Positions 1-10,099 are shown, counted from the first letter of the stretch. The stretch is 64,000 bases of DNA from an uncultured Gemmatimonadales bacterium (GCA_963821525.1 CAWGED010000005.1:448001-512000), one strand, 5' to 3'. Numbers and translations are program-made. The notes: generated by a model from the letters alone, not told the origin.

Positions 1-975
1 GGAGAGCAGCCCGGTGACGCAGGGAAAGAGAAATGCCGTGCCCAACGGCATCAGGGTGAACCCGACCAGCAGTACCGGTAACCCGTGCGCCAGTCCCGTC
101 AGGACCAGACCACCACCGAGCAGCACCAGGCCTACGCGGGACAGCCGCGCTTCGCCCAGCCAGTCTACCACTCGACCCAGGATCAGGGCGCGGATGATGA
201 CCCCCATTCCGCCCAGGTACATGACGAAGAAGCCCACGTTCTGCTCGGTGATGCCGAGCCGCGCCTTGAGCAGAAGCGGCACGGTTTGAATCGTTCCGTA
301 GAAGGCGCCGATCGCGACGGCGTAGATCCAGATGAGACGAGGCGCCGGCTCGTGCCAGTGCGAGAGTACCTGGGCGATCGCCGCGCGGCCAGTCGTGGTC
401 GAGGGCGCGTGATGAGTTTCCGACAGCCGCATCTCCCGCGATTCTCGCAGATAGCGCCAGGCGAACGCGGCCACCAGTACCGACAGCGCGGCGGCGGCGA
501 GACCGGGCAGCTTCTGTCCGCCCAGTGCTACCATGAGCGACCCGAACGCCGGACCCACCACCGCGCCAAGGCTCGTCACGGCCGAGAGCCAGCCGAGGCT
601 CTTGGTCCGCTGCTCCGGGGTGGAGGCGTCGGCCACATAGGCCTGCACCACACCAATGGTCCCGCCACCAAGACCCTGGACTATGCGCGAGGCCAGCAAC
701 GCCCATACCGACCCGGCAAAGGCGAACAGCGCATAGGCCACCGCGGTTACCAGCAAGCCGGCGAGGATGGCCGGCCGCCGGCCGTAGCGATCGGAGAAGC
801 GGCCCCAGACCGGCGCCACCAGCAGCTGGGCAATGGAGAAGGAAGAAATCAGCAGCCCCACCACTGCCGCATTGGCCCCGAAATTCGTGGCATAGAACGG
901 CAGGATGGGCACGATCATGGCAAGCCCAACCATGTCCACGAACGCGGTGACGAACAGGACGAGGAGGCGGGCCAT
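1..975 (-). CDS. MFS transporter, TetA/DHA1-like (runs off the left edge)
   Basis: Manual minus-strand translation from ATG at 975: MARLLVLFVTAFVDMVGLAMIVPILPFYA...GRFSDRYGRRP (MFS motif A)...SRIVQGLGGG; not in the ORF track because it has no stop inside the window. Confidence 0.85.
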   Translation of the reverse strand, partial: MARLLVLFVTAFVDMVGLAMIVPILPFYATNFGANAAVVGLLISSFSIAQLLVAPVWGRFSDRYGRRPAILAGLLVTAVAYALFAFAGSVWALLASRIVQGLGGGTIGVVQAYVADASTPEQRTKSLGWLSAVTSLGAVVGPAFGSLMVALGGQKLPGLAAAALSVLVAAFAWRYLRESREMRLSETHHAPSTTTGRAAIAQVLSHWHEPAPRLIWIYAVAIGAFYGTIQTVPLLLKARLGITEQNVGFFVMYLGGMGVIIRALILGRVVDWLGEARLSRVGLVLLGGGLVLTGLAHGLPVLLVGFTLMPLGTAFLFPCVTGLLS

Positions 976-976
976 G

Positions 977-1603
977 TTATCTCTTCATCGCTTCCTGTAC
1001 CCCGGCCAGGATGAACTGCGTCGCCACCGCGGCCAGCAGCAGCCCCATGATTCGCGTCATCACCTTGATCCCGGTCTGGCCTAGATAGATAACCAGGCGT
1101 TCACCCAGCCTCAGGGTCACGTAGGAGAGCAGTGCGGTGAGAGCAATCGCCAGATATACCACGACGCCATGCGCGAGGTCTTGAGCCTGGCCCGCGAGTA
1201 CCATCACCGTGGAGATGGCTCCCGGGCCGGCCAGAATCGGAATGGCGAGCGGTGTCAGCGCCACGTCCTCCTTCGCCTCCCCCTCCGCCAGCTCCTCGCG
1301 TCCCTCCTGCGTGCTGCGCTGCCCCCGTAACATATCGAATGCCACAAACCAGAGAATGAGGCCGCCGGCGATGCGGAATGCGGGCAACGTGATTCCAAAG
1401 GCCTTGAAGATCCAGCGGCCCCCGGCGGCGAACACCACGAGCAGGATCGCCATCGCGATACAGGCGCGGAGCGCCGTCCGCTGTCGTTGCGATGCCGTCT
1501 CTTCGCGAGTGACGACGAGATAGGACGGCACCGCCGCCACCGGGTCCACGATGAAGAGGACCGAGGTGAAGGTGATCAGGGCGAACTGAGCAAACTCGCT
1601 CAC
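977..1603 (-). CDS. MarC family membrane protein
   Basis: FIVDPVAAVP, FGITLPAFRIAGG, PLAIPILAGPGAI and TRIMGLLLAA motifs. Confidence 0.9.
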   Translation of the reverse strand: MSEFAQFALITFTSVLFIVDPVAAVPSYLVVTREETASQRQRTALRACIAMAILLVVFAAGGRWIFKAFGITLPAFRIAGGLILWFVAFDMLRGQRSTQEGREELAEGEAKEDVALTPLAIPILAGPGAISTVMVLAGQAQDLAHGVVVYLAIALTALLSYVTLRLGERLVIYLGQTGIKVMTRIMGLLLAAVATQFILAGVQEAMKR

Positions 1604-1830
1604 GGGGCTCCGGTGGCGGGCCGAAGCAACTGGCGGATGTCCGTCACAATAGGCCTTCGGTCGCTCCCGATCGGGTCCACACGAGATTGTGCAAGTTGAA
1701 CCGGAACGGCTCAGTTCGCCATTGCCCTTGGGTGAAGGCGGGGTGGGGCCATCGGACGGATCAGGCTAGCGTAAAGCGGCTGGAAACCAACCGTTCGTCG
1801 CGGGTAGAAACCCGCGAGGAGAGAAGCGGA

Positions 1831-2625
1831 CTAAAAGTCGCGCCGGCGGAACCAGCGCAGGCCGATCGTGAGCGGCAAAACGACCCAGATGAGGAGGGCC
1901 ACCGTCGCGGTTGCCATGCCCAGAGCATCGCCGAAGAAGCGCTGGAACACCGCTCCGGTGTAACCCATCAACGCGGCGATGTCGAACTGCAGTAACAGGA
2001 GCACCCGGCCCAAGTCCACCGGATTCAGCATCGTCAGGGCGAGGAGTGGCGACTCGAGGGGATAGTCGCCGAAGGCGAGGACGACCAGCAGCACCAACCC
2101 ATCATACAGCACCGCGAAGCCCAACCACACGGCCAGGGCCGCGCCGAGCCCCCGGGCCCGATCCTCGAAGCGGAGGGCCAGCAGGAATGCGACCGCGGTG
2201 AAGATCAGCGTGAGCAGAACCCCCGTCGCCAGCAGGATGATGAGCGCCCGGGCCGGGATGGAAACCGTGGTGGCCGAACTGACCAGGAGCGGTAGGCCGA
2301 TGCCGAGTCCGAAGCCGCAGACCAGCGGAGCGGTAAGACCCACGTAGAGGCCGGTGAACATGGCGGGACGCCCAACCGGCTGAGCCAGCAGCAGCTCGAT
2401 GAACTCCCGGGCGTTGTAGAGATACAGCGTCCCGAACATGACGCTGGCAAGCGGCACCAGGATAAGCACCACGTCGAGCAGGCTCACGATGGCGCGCTCG
2501 CCACCGCCGCCCAGCCAGAGAAGGGCAGTCGTCAGACCCAACAGCACGATGGTATATCCCAGTAACCAGCGATTGCGAACCAGGTCGTGAAGCTGGAAGC
2601 GAACCACTTTCCCGGCGGTGTTCAT
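1831..2625 (-). CDS. nosY: NosY, ABC permease for N2O reductase maturation
   Basis: Hydrophobic protein with REFIELLLAQP and NPVDLGR motifs; last gene of nosDFY. Confidence 0.85.
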   Translation of the reverse strand: MNTAGKVVRFQLHDLVRNRWLLGYTIVLLGLTTALLWLGGGGERAIVSLLDVVLILVPLASVMFGTLYLYNAREFIELLLAQPVGRPAMFTGLYVGLTAPLVCGFGLGIGLPLLVSSATTVSIPARALIILLATGVLLTLIFTAVAFLLALRFEDRARGLGAALAVWLGFAVLYDGLVLLVVLAFGDYPLESPLLALTMLNPVDLGRVLLLLQFDIAALMGYTGAVFQRFFGDALGMATATVALLIWVVLPLTIGLRWFRRRDF

Positions 2626-3344
2626 GCAGCATTCTCCCGCATCAAGCTGGCCACCGCGCGCTCCAGATTGGCCAGCCCGGTCAGTTCGATCAGGCTCGCC
2701 AGAGGCCCATGAAACCGGACTCGACCTTCGAGCAGGAACACGATGTCATCGGCCAGCTCTTCCAGCTCGCTCAAGGTATGGGATACCAGCAGAACCGTCG
2801 CTCCGGCGTCTCTCGCGCGGCGAACCTTGTCCTTGAAGATTCCGCTGGCCACCGGATCAAGCCCCGCCGTCGGCTCGTCGAGGATCAGCAGAGAAGGACG
2901 GAACAGGAACGTGGTGGCGGCGCTGAGTTTCTGCCGGGTACCTCCGGAGAGGGTCCTGATCGGCTTGTCGAGTTCAGGCTCCAGCCGGAACTGCTCGATG
3001 AGTTCCTCGTCCAGCCCGCCGTCGGCACCTCTCAAGTCCCGCAACATGCGGAGGACCTCGCGGCCGGTCAGGTTCTCGGGGAACTTCGCGGCCTGCGGCA
3101 TGTACCCGATCGCTCTCCGGTACTCCACCTTGCCGTTGACCGTTTCACCATGCACGGCGAGGCGGCCCAGATCAGCTCTCACCAGGCCAAGAACGATCTT
3201 GATGAGCGTACTCTTCCCGGCGGCGTTGGGTCCGACCAATCCGGTCACTCGGCCCGGCGCGATCCGAAGGTCGATTCCCTTCAGGACCTCGCGAGTTCCG
3301 AAACGCTTGCTGAGGCCTACTGCCTCAACTGCCGGACTGGTCAT
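2622..3344 (-). CDS. nosF: NosF, ABC ATPase
   Basis: Walker A GPNAAGKS, LSGG signature, Walker B LILDEPT; lies between nosD and nosY. Confidence 0.9.
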   Translation of the reverse strand: MTSPAVEAVGLSKRFGTREVLKGIDLRIAPGRVTGLVGPNAAGKSTLIKIVLGLVRADLGRLAVHGETVNGKVEYRRAIGYMPQAAKFPENLTGREVLRMLRDLRGADGGLDEELIEQFRLEPELDKPIRTLSGGTRQKLSAATTFLFRPSLLILDEPTAGLDPVASGIFKDKVRRARDAGATVLLVSHTLSELEELADDIVFLLEGRVRFHGPLASLIELTGLANLERAVASLMRENAA

Positions 3345-4594
3345 GGCGCTGCCTCCCGCGTCCACGCCATCCTCGGCAGACTGTCTACTGTCGCCGGGGG
3401 CGTCAGCACCGGCAGGGCGCGTTCCGCCAAATCGAGAAGCCGGGTGAAGAAACTGTTCAGCAGGATGAGCGCCGGAGGATGCTGCTGAACTACCAGTCCG
3501 AACAGCCGCACCGGGGCGAAGGGTACGTCGCCGGTCCCATCCCTATCGAGGTCATACCCCGAATAGCGGTCCCAGTAGTTCCCGGAGAACCGGGTCGCCG
3601 AGTTGACGCTGTTGGTCCCCACGTCGAACGCGTTTCCCGAAAACCGATTGTCCTGGAAACCGGTCTCGACCGCGTCGGCCATCACCAGTACCGCCCACCC
3701 GTTGCGCTCGAAATCGTTCTCGGCCACGGTGAGACGATTGGTTCCTTCGGCGCTCAGGCCGACGCTGTTCCCGGTAAAGCTGTTCCGCTCGATTCGGCTG
3801 TCGCTGATCTCCTTGAGCAGCAATCCGAAAGCGGCCGGCCCCCAGTTGTGCTCGAACTGATTGTCTCGCATGGAGACATCCTTGCTGTACATCACAGCCA
3901 CGCCGGCGCCATTGCCCTCGAACACATTGCCGCTGTACTCGCAGTCGTTCGAGAACATGAAGTGCAGGCCGTAGCGCAGATTGGAGCGGCTCCGATTGTG
4001 GCGGACCTTGGCCGCGGTCGTGAACTCGAAATAGATCCCATCGCGGTGCCCGGCGATGTCGTTGTCCTCGATCAGGAGATGGTCCGAGCTCCAGCTGTGA
4101 ATGGCATTCCCGGACAACACCTCGGTCTTGCCCGATGCCCGCAGCCGGTTGTGACGCACCACGCATCCGCTGGTCTTGGAGAGGTAGATCCCGAAGAAGG
4201 TATCGATGAGGACATTGTCTTCGATGACGCAGCCCTTGGCCTCGATCACCTTGATCCCGGCACGATCATCCGTCGCGCTGGCACCCACCTCCCGGATCTC
4301 CAGGCCACGCAGGGTGACGCTGTCGGCGGTCACGGTGAAGACCTGATGATCGCCCCCGCCATCGAAGACAACGCCGCCGGTCCCGACGATCGTCACTCGC
4401 TTGTCAATCAGAATGGTCGGCTCGTGGTACTGGCCGGGACGAATCACGATGCGGTCTCCGTCCCGCGCGACCCTCAACCCCAGGGTGAGAGTAGGGACCT
4501 CGCCCCTCGGATCCACCACGATTTCTCGAGACGCGGGGGAGGGAAGTGCGGCCTGGACCACGAGGCCGACCAGCCACGCCGTGGCCGCCGGCAT
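3341..4594 (-). CDS. nosD: NosD, periplasmic beta-helix copper-maturation protein
   Basis: HRDGIYFEF, LRYGLHFMFS, GVAVMYS and GNYWDRYSGYDLDRDGTGDVP motifs. Confidence 0.92.
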   Translation of the reverse strand: MPAATAWLVGLVVQAALPSPASREIVVDPRGEVPTLTLGLRVARDGDRIVIRPGQYHEPTILIDKRVTIVGTGGVVFDGGGDHQVFTVTADSVTLRGLEIREVGASATDDRAGIKVIEAKGCVIEDNVLIDTFFGIYLSKTSGCVVRHNRLRASGKTEVLSGNAIHSWSSDHLLIEDNDIAGHRDGIYFEFTTAAKVRHNRSRSNLRYGLHFMFSNDCEYSGNVFEGNGAGVAVMYSKDVSMRDNQFEHNWGPAAFGLLLKEISDSRIERNSFTGNSVGLSAEGTNRLTVAENDFERNGWAVLVMADAVETGFQDNRFSGNAFDVGTNSVNSATRFSGNYWDRYSGYDLDRDGTGDVPFAPVRLFGLVVQQHPPALILLNSFFTRLLDLAERALPVLTPPATVDSLPRMAWTREAAP

Positions 4595-5091
4595 CAGGAA
4601 GCCCGCTGCGGCCCAGCGGCCTCCCGCGTCGCGCCGACGACTGGGGGGTGAGCCTGATGGGACAGCCGCACAACGTCGGGCCAGGTCAGGATGCGACCGC
4701 CAAGCCTCGTGACGAGACTGTCGGCCGCATGACCTGACGACACTGCTATGACGCCGCTTCCCATCGGAGTGCGCAGGCTGTCCAGCTTCAGGTAACTCGC
4801 GGCACCGGCCTCCAGCAGCCGTTTTGGATCGAGGAAATCGTTCACCCAGACCGAGTGGACCTCATCGGGTCGCACCATGCCACTGTTCACGAAGGCCGCC
4901 AGACAACCCGCGTCGTCGAATACGAAGACCCGACCTTTGCGAGTAACCAGCTGGCCACCAAATCGCGGGTCCGACACGGTCATGTGGCAATGTTCGCAAA
5001 GCTCGGCCCCATAGCGCACGGTCCGCGGGCCGGGACTTCCACAGCCTGCGAGGAGCAGGCTGAGGGCCAGCCCTGTACCAGGGGTCCTCAC
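4594..5091 (-). CDS. nosL: NosL copper chaperone lipoprotein
   Basis: Lipobox LAGC, CEHCHM, FDDAGC, TPMGSG. Confidence 0.9.
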   Translation of the reverse strand: MRTPGTGLALSLLLAGCGSPGPRTVRYGAELCEHCHMTVSDPRFGGQLVTRKGRVFVFDDAGCLAAFVNSGMVRPDEVHSVWVNDFLDPKRLLEAGAASYLKLDSLRTPMGSGVIAVSSGHAADSLVTRLGGRILTWPDVVRLSHQAHPPVVGATREAAGPQRAS

Positions 5092-5762
5092 TTGTTAGCC
5101 ACTCTGTATTCTCGCACCGCAATCGCCGCCACGGCGACAAACACCGCGATTAGAATCCAGCCCCCCGAGGCCGGCCAGGAGGTGGCGTAGAAATTCAGCA
5201 GCGCCTTGCCGCCCAACAGTGGAGGTTGATAGCTCATGCCGGGAATCTTGATGATGGCCTGGGGGTCCAGGTCGTGCCCGTATTGGTACCCCCACCGGTA
5301 GAAATCGGCGAGCCCCAGGACCATTCCGATGGCGAGCAGCGAAATCCAGCCGTAAAGCAGGCGCCGCCGTCCCAGCGCCGCTACTCCGAGGCCGGCCGCG
5401 ATGAGGCCCATCACTAACACGGGCATGTACCGGAGTTCAGGAATGTCGTCCGGGCTGATCACCTTCATGCCTATGTAGTGATTCAGGCCGTTGATGCTGT
5501 TCAGATCCTGTGGCGCAGCCCCCTCGATGCGATTGATGGCGATGTACAAACCGAGGCCTTCGGGATACTGCGGAGCCTTGAGGCCGATGTGCCACAGCGG
5601 CAGCACGAACAAGAGACCAAGTGCGAGCGATGCTGTGGCGAGAACCAGGCGGGACATCCTGGACATGCGTGGGGCTCCCGCCTTCTGCTCCACCGCTGCC
5701 GGGACTGGCTCGTCCTGAATGACGCAGCACGAGCAGCAGGTGGGTTCGACTGAGGTCGTCAT
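5088..5762 (-). CDS. NosB-like membrane protein of clade II nos clusters
   Basis: APQYPEGL, INGLNHYIGM and YQPPLLG motifs, about 4 TM segments; directly after nosZ; GGAGG RBS before ATG 5762. Confidence 0.75.
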   Translation of the reverse strand: MTTSVEPTCCSCCVIQDEPVPAAVEQKAGAPRMSRMSRLVLATASLALGLLFVLPLWHIGLKAPQYPEGLGLYIAINRIEGAAPQDLNSINGLNHYIGMKVISPDDIPELRYMPVLVMGLIAAGLGVAALGRRRLLYGWISLLAIGMVLGLADFYRWGYQYGHDLDPQAIIKIPGMSYQPPLLGGKALLNFYATSWPASGGWILIAVFVAVAAIAVREYRVANK

Positions 5763-5808
5763 TGCTTCCTCCGGTTCCATGAGCCAGTCCCGAGATTCCC
5801 GTCCCCGG

Positions 5809-7773
5809 TTACTGAGGGGAGTTGTAGGTGAGCTGAGTCTTTCCACCGGGCGCGGACACCCGGATGTATCCCTGCATCTCCTGGTGCAGCGCCGAGCAGA
5901 AGTCGGTGCAATAGAAGGGGAAGACGCCGACCCGATCAGGTACCCAGGTGACCGTCCGCGTCTGGCCCGGCATGACGAGCAGCTCGGAGTTCCGTGCGCC
6001 GGTCACCGCGAAGCCATGGGGGACGTCCCAGTCCTGCTCGAGGTTCGTGACGTGGAAGTACACGGTATCGCCCAGCTGCACCCCTTCCACGTTGTCGGGT
6101 ACGAAGTGGCTGCGGATCGCGGTCATGTAGATGTGCACTGCTTTGCCATCCCGCTTGACCTTCGTTTCCTTCTCGCTCTTTACGCCATACGGGTCTTTGT
6201 TGTCCGCGATGGCGTAGGTGCGCACCTGCTTGTCCTTGATCATGGCGGCGGGCAGGGCCTGGGCATAGTGCGGCTCGCCGATGGTCGGGAAGTCGAGCAG
6301 GACCTGCATCTTGGCGCCGGTGATATCGATCAGCTGCGCCGACTGGGCCAGTTCCGGGCCGGTGGGCAGGTAGCGGTCCTTGGTGATCTTGTTGAGAGCG
6401 ATCACGTACTTGCCGAACGGTTTCCGCGAGTCGCCACCGGGGATCATCAGGTGGCCGATCGAGTAATACACCGGAATCCGGTCCACCACTTTGAAGTCCT
6501 TGAGACTCCACTTCACGATTTCCGACGAGATGAACATCGAGGTGTACGCATAGCCCTGGCCGTCGAACTCGGTGTGCAGGGGCCCCAAGCCCGGATTCTG
6601 GACCTCGCCGGCAATGACCTCCTCGTACTTGAGGATCGGAATCCCCTCCCGCTCGCCATCAAACTTCTGGTTCTGGATGGCGGCCAGCATCTTGGTAAAT
6701 GAGTGTACCGGGATGACCGTCGCGAGCTTGCCGCCGGCCACGATGTATTCACCGGTCGGATCGACATCCACCCCGTGCGGCGACTTGGGGGTCGGCAGGA
6801 AGTAGACCAGTCCGGGGCAATCCTTCACGGCGAGCACCTTGGTGCTGGTCAGCATTTCCGAGTGGGCGATTCCGGCCTCGTCCGTCCAGTTGTGCGCGTA
6901 CTTGGCCGGCTGCACCTTCGCCTTGCCCGCGGCCACGCACTTCTCGGCCTCCTGCCAATGCACCGCAGCAACGAAGTCCTTGTCATTCTGCGATGCATTC
7001 CGTTCCAGCAGCGTATTGGCTTGTTCGGTGTTGTACGAGGTAAAGAAGGACCAGCCGTGAGACGGCCCCTTGCCTGCGTGTGAAAGGTCGTAGTCGTAGC
7101 CGGGCATCGAGATCTGGAACGCCACACTCATCCGGCCCGTGGTCTTGTCCACGCTGATGAAGGTCAGCTGCCCGGTAAAGTTCTCCTTGTAGGTGGAGAT
7201 CGGCACGTCCTTCTGGGGCGTGGGAACGCTGAACCGGGTCGCCGAAACCGCATACTCGGTGTTCTGGGTGACGAACGGAGAGGCGTGATTGCCCGCGCCG
7301 TTGGGGATCTCCAGGATCTCCTTGGTATCCATCTCGGCCAGATCCAGCCGCGCGACCCGCGGCGTATTGTTGCCGTTGATGAAGAGCCAGCGCCCGTCCG
7401 GCACTCCGTCGGTCTGCGACAACTGGGGATGGTGCGCGTCGTCCCAGGGGATGAAGCCATAACTCGTGTTCAGCATCGGCTTGGTCTGCTCGCTGTAGCC
7501 CCAACCTTTCTCCGGGTCTTGCGAGAACACCGGAATCACCCTGAGCAGCCGACCGGAGGGGAGGCCATAAACCGAGACCTGTCCACTGAATCCACCGGAA
7601 AGGAAGGCGTAGAAGTCATCGTACTTACCCGGCGCCACGTAGACTTTGCTTGCCGCGTCACTGCTGGCGACGGCCGGGCCGGAGCCTTTGCCGCAGCCGG
7701 CTGTTCCCGCCAAGGCGGCAATGAGCGCGGCGACAGCGAAGGCCTGACGGGATTGGGAAACGGCGGCAGACAT
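5809..7773 (-). CDS. nosZ: Nitrous oxide reductase, clade II (Sec-dependent)
   Basis: CuZ His motifs DAHHP, GNHA, SPHG, GPLHT, IGH, EPHY; CuA motif HG...CTDFCSALHQEM; no twin-arginine signal; RBS AAGGAG before ATG 7773. Confidence 0.96.
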   Translation of the reverse strand: MSAAVSQSRQAFAVAALIAALAGTAGCGKGSGPAVASSDAASKVYVAPGKYDDFYAFLSGGFSGQVSVYGLPSGRLLRVIPVFSQDPEKGWGYSEQTKPMLNTSYGFIPWDDAHHPQLSQTDGVPDGRWLFINGNNTPRVARLDLAEMDTKEILEIPNGAGNHASPFVTQNTEYAVSATRFSVPTPQKDVPISTYKENFTGQLTFISVDKTTGRMSVAFQISMPGYDYDLSHAGKGPSHGWSFFTSYNTEQANTLLERNASQNDKDFVAAVHWQEAEKCVAAGKAKVQPAKYAHNWTDEAGIAHSEMLTSTKVLAVKDCPGLVYFLPTPKSPHGVDVDPTGEYIVAGGKLATVIPVHSFTKMLAAIQNQKFDGEREGIPILKYEEVIAGEVQNPGLGPLHTEFDGQGYAYTSMFISSEIVKWSLKDFKVVDRIPVYYSIGHLMIPGGDSRKPFGKYVIALNKITKDRYLPTGPELAQSAQLIDITGAKMQVLLDFPTIGEPHYAQALPAAMIKDKQVRTYAIADNKDPYGVKSEKETKVKRDGKAVHIYMTAIRSHFVPDNVEGVQLGDTVYFHVTNLEQDWDVPHGFAVTGARNSELLVMPGQTRTVTWVPDRVGVFPFYCTDFCSALHQEMQGYIRVSAPGGKTQLTYNSPQ

Positions 7774-7801
7774 GATCGTGCTCTCCTTTAGGTAAACCGC
7801 T

Positions 7802-8311
7802 TCAGTCGTGCTTCTCGGAACCACCCGCCTGGGTGCGTAGGTATTCCAGGACCGAGCGTGCTTGGTCCGGAGTGAGACCCAAGTTCGGCATTTGCATCAT
7901 GTATTCGGCCAGCAGCTGGCGGGCAGCCGGGTGCCTGGTGTACATCGAGTCGGGCGCCAGGATCATGTTCATCACGTAGGTCGGCGTACGCCGGACCGTC
8001 ACCTCGCCCAGCGCCGGGCCCACGTACCGCTCGGCCATCTTGTGGCACGCGCTGCACTTCTCGGTGAAAGTCTTCTCGCCCGCCTCCGCCTTTTCATGAT
8101 CGATCTCCCCGACCTGCACCACCTCAGTGATCGGGCCGACGCCGTTCTCCATCTGAAAGGCCGTCAATCCGCTGGCATCGGTGCCCCCGGCCGCCTGATC
8201 GGCAGGAGGCGCCGCCTCGGCGTTTCCCGACTTGGCCCCGCCACAGCCAACCAGAGCCAGGAGAAGAAGCGCCGCACCAGCCCAACCCGCGTTCGCCATT
8301 CGACTCGTCAT
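7802..8311 (-). CDS. Monoheme cytochrome c lipoprotein upstream of nosZ
   Basis: Lipobox LVGC, CSACH, distal Met in MMQMPN; start approximate. Confidence 0.88.
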   Translation of the reverse strand: MTSRMANAGWAGAALLLLALVGCGGAKSGNAEAAPPADQAAGGTDASGLTAFQMENGVGPITEVVQVGEIDHEKAEAGEKTFTEKCSACHKMAERYVGPALGEVTVRRTPTYVMNMILAPDSMYTRHPAARQLLAEYMMQMPNLGLTPDQARSVLEYLRTQAGGSEKHD

Positions 8312-8452
8312 CTCGATCTGCCTCGCTAAGGTTCCCACCGGTTCCATCGGTCTTCGAGCAACCTAGAAACCGGTGTGAAGCGCCAACCTGAATCGTTCAT
8401 GAAGCGTTCTTCACGAGGGCTGCCACATTGGGCGCCTCCATCTTCCGCCGAG

Positions 8453-8486
8453 ATAATACGATATCCGGATGAGAATATCCTATTAT
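8453..8486. promoter_or_regulatory. Inverted repeat, candidate Rrf2 operator
   Basis: ATAATACGATAT-N10-ATATCCTATTAT (11 of 12 bases complementary) in the AT-rich divergent intergenic region. Confidence 0.55.
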
Positions 8487-8524
8487 ATTGCGGTAAGATT
8501 TCTTCACTAATCGGGAGGTGACCG

Positions 8525-8932
8525 ATGCTGTCCCAAACCGCCGAGTACGCACTCAGGGCGGTCCTCGCAATCGCGCGTGCCCGCGGTGAGGCCGTCGGTG
8601 CTGCCGCCTTGGCGAAGCAGGTGCGAATACCACCCAGCTATCTGGCCAAGACGCTCAATGCACTTGTTCGGAACGGGGTGCTCGTGGGGACGAGAGGAAG
8701 AAACGGAGGTTTCCGTCTGGCACGGCGGCCGAGCCAGATTCCACTTCTCGATATTGTCTCACCCTTCGATGATATAGGGCCAGGACGACGCTGCCTGCTC
8801 GGCCGCCCGACCTGCAGCGACCAGAACCCTTGCGCGGCGCACGCGCGCTGGCGAGGCGTTTCCCAGCGGATCGGCGATTTCTTTGCGGAGACTACGGTGG
8901 AGGATGTGAGTGCGGGGTCAGTGACGGGTTAG
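8525..8932 (+). CDS. Rrf2 family transcriptional regulator with Fe-S-type Cys motif
   Basis: MLSQTAEYALRA, GTRGRNGGFRL, CLLGRPTCSDQNPCAAH. Confidence 0.9.
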   Translation: MLSQTAEYALRAVLAIARARGEAVGAAALAKQVRIPPSYLAKTLNALVRNGVLVGTRGRNGGFRLARRPSQIPLLDIVSPFDDIGPGRRCLLGRPTCSDQNPCAAHARWRGVSQRIGDFFAETTVEDVSAGSVTG

Positions 8933-10015
8933 AGACAGCACGACCTCGACGGCGATAAGGATGATCACTACCCACTCCAGCAATTCCATCCGCACCCCGG
9001 CTGCCTTGTCGGCCATCTTCTGGTAGATGCTTTCGACAGTAGCCAGCTTCCGGGTGATGCTTGCATCCAACTCGGCCAGCTGAAAGCGGCGCGCCGCAAG
9101 GCGGTAGATCCGGGTCAGATACTCCTCGCCAAAGACCTTCAGAACATTGGTAACCCGCTCCAGCAGCACCGCGCTCTCCAGCTGCAGCTCGGCGACCTTC
9201 CCAACGTCCGCCCTGAATGGGGCAGGGGCCAGTCCCCGTAAACCGCGGCGGCGCGCGAGCAGCTGGTAGGAACGCTCGATCGCCTCGTCGAGTTGTTGGT
9301 CGAGGAAACGCATCTCGAGCAGCTGGACGTTCGCGAAGTCGAGTACCGTGCGGACATCTTCCGGCTCGGGGTCGAGAACCAGCGCCGCGTCCCAGTCCAC
9401 CATCGTCATGTCCTCGAGTCCAAAGGAAATCCGGAGATTGGTCGCTTCCCGGACCTCCTCTTCTGACATCACCGCTGGTTCGCTGCGCAGGATCTGGGCG
9501 ATGATCGCTGCGTGGGTGGTGCACACCGATGCGGCCTCCACCGGCGGCTCCACGGCCTTTACTCCATAGATCGTATAGTCCTCGGTCAGGTTGGCGACCT
9601 TCGGGCGCTGCACAGCGGATCCCAGCTTTGCGATGAGCGCCTCGACCCGGGACCGCGCGTCCTGGCGAAGTGGTTCCCGGTCCCGCAGCGCCAGGCTGAG
9701 GGCGAGCATACGCTCGAACGATCCGGAGGCCTGAAGCCGGTAAGCGACCGTCGCCGCGCCCAGGTCGTACAGCACGATCTCGACCGTGGGCTCGGTTGCG
9801 AACTCGCCGAACAACATGGCCGGTGCCTGCTCCGAAATCTTGAGGGGTGCCGGGCCTTGCAGGACGGGCGCTCCCGCCGGTCCGCGCGGCCGTAGCGTCT
9901 GTCGTTCCCCGCTGGAACCGGCCGCTCGAGCCGCGGCCTCGAGATCGATGGCCCAGCCTACTTCGAAGAAGAAGATGGGGCGGCAGGTCGCGCGGAGTTG
10001 GGGTGTGCCAGTCAT
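8918..10015 (-). CDS. Conserved hypothetical protein with C-terminal TM helix (RMD1/DUF155-like)
   Basis: 365-aa ORF; ANVQLLEMRFLD and terminal MELLEWVVIILIAVE resemble the RMD1 family. Confidence 0.6.
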   Translation of the reverse strand: MTGTPQLRATCRPIFFFEVGWAIDLEAAARAAGSSGERQTLRPRGPAGAPVLQGPAPLKISEQAPAMLFGEFATEPTVEIVLYDLGAATVAYRLQASGSFERMLALSLALRDREPLRQDARSRVEALIAKLGSAVQRPKVANLTEDYTIYGVKAVEPPVEAASVCTTHAAIIAQILRSEPAVMSEEEVREATNLRISFGLEDMTMVDWDAALVLDPEPEDVRTVLDFANVQLLEMRFLDQQLDEAIERSYQLLARRRGLRGLAPAPFRADVGKVAELQLESAVLLERVTNVLKVFGEEYLTRIYRLAARRFQLAELDASITRKLATVESIYQKMADKAAGVRMELLEWVVIILIAVEVVLSLTRH

Positions 10016-10099
10016 GCCGAATCCGGTTCAGACGTCTTCATTGTGGAAAGGCGATTTGGGCTTCACATTGTCCCCTCAATCGGGACACGACGCAGAACG

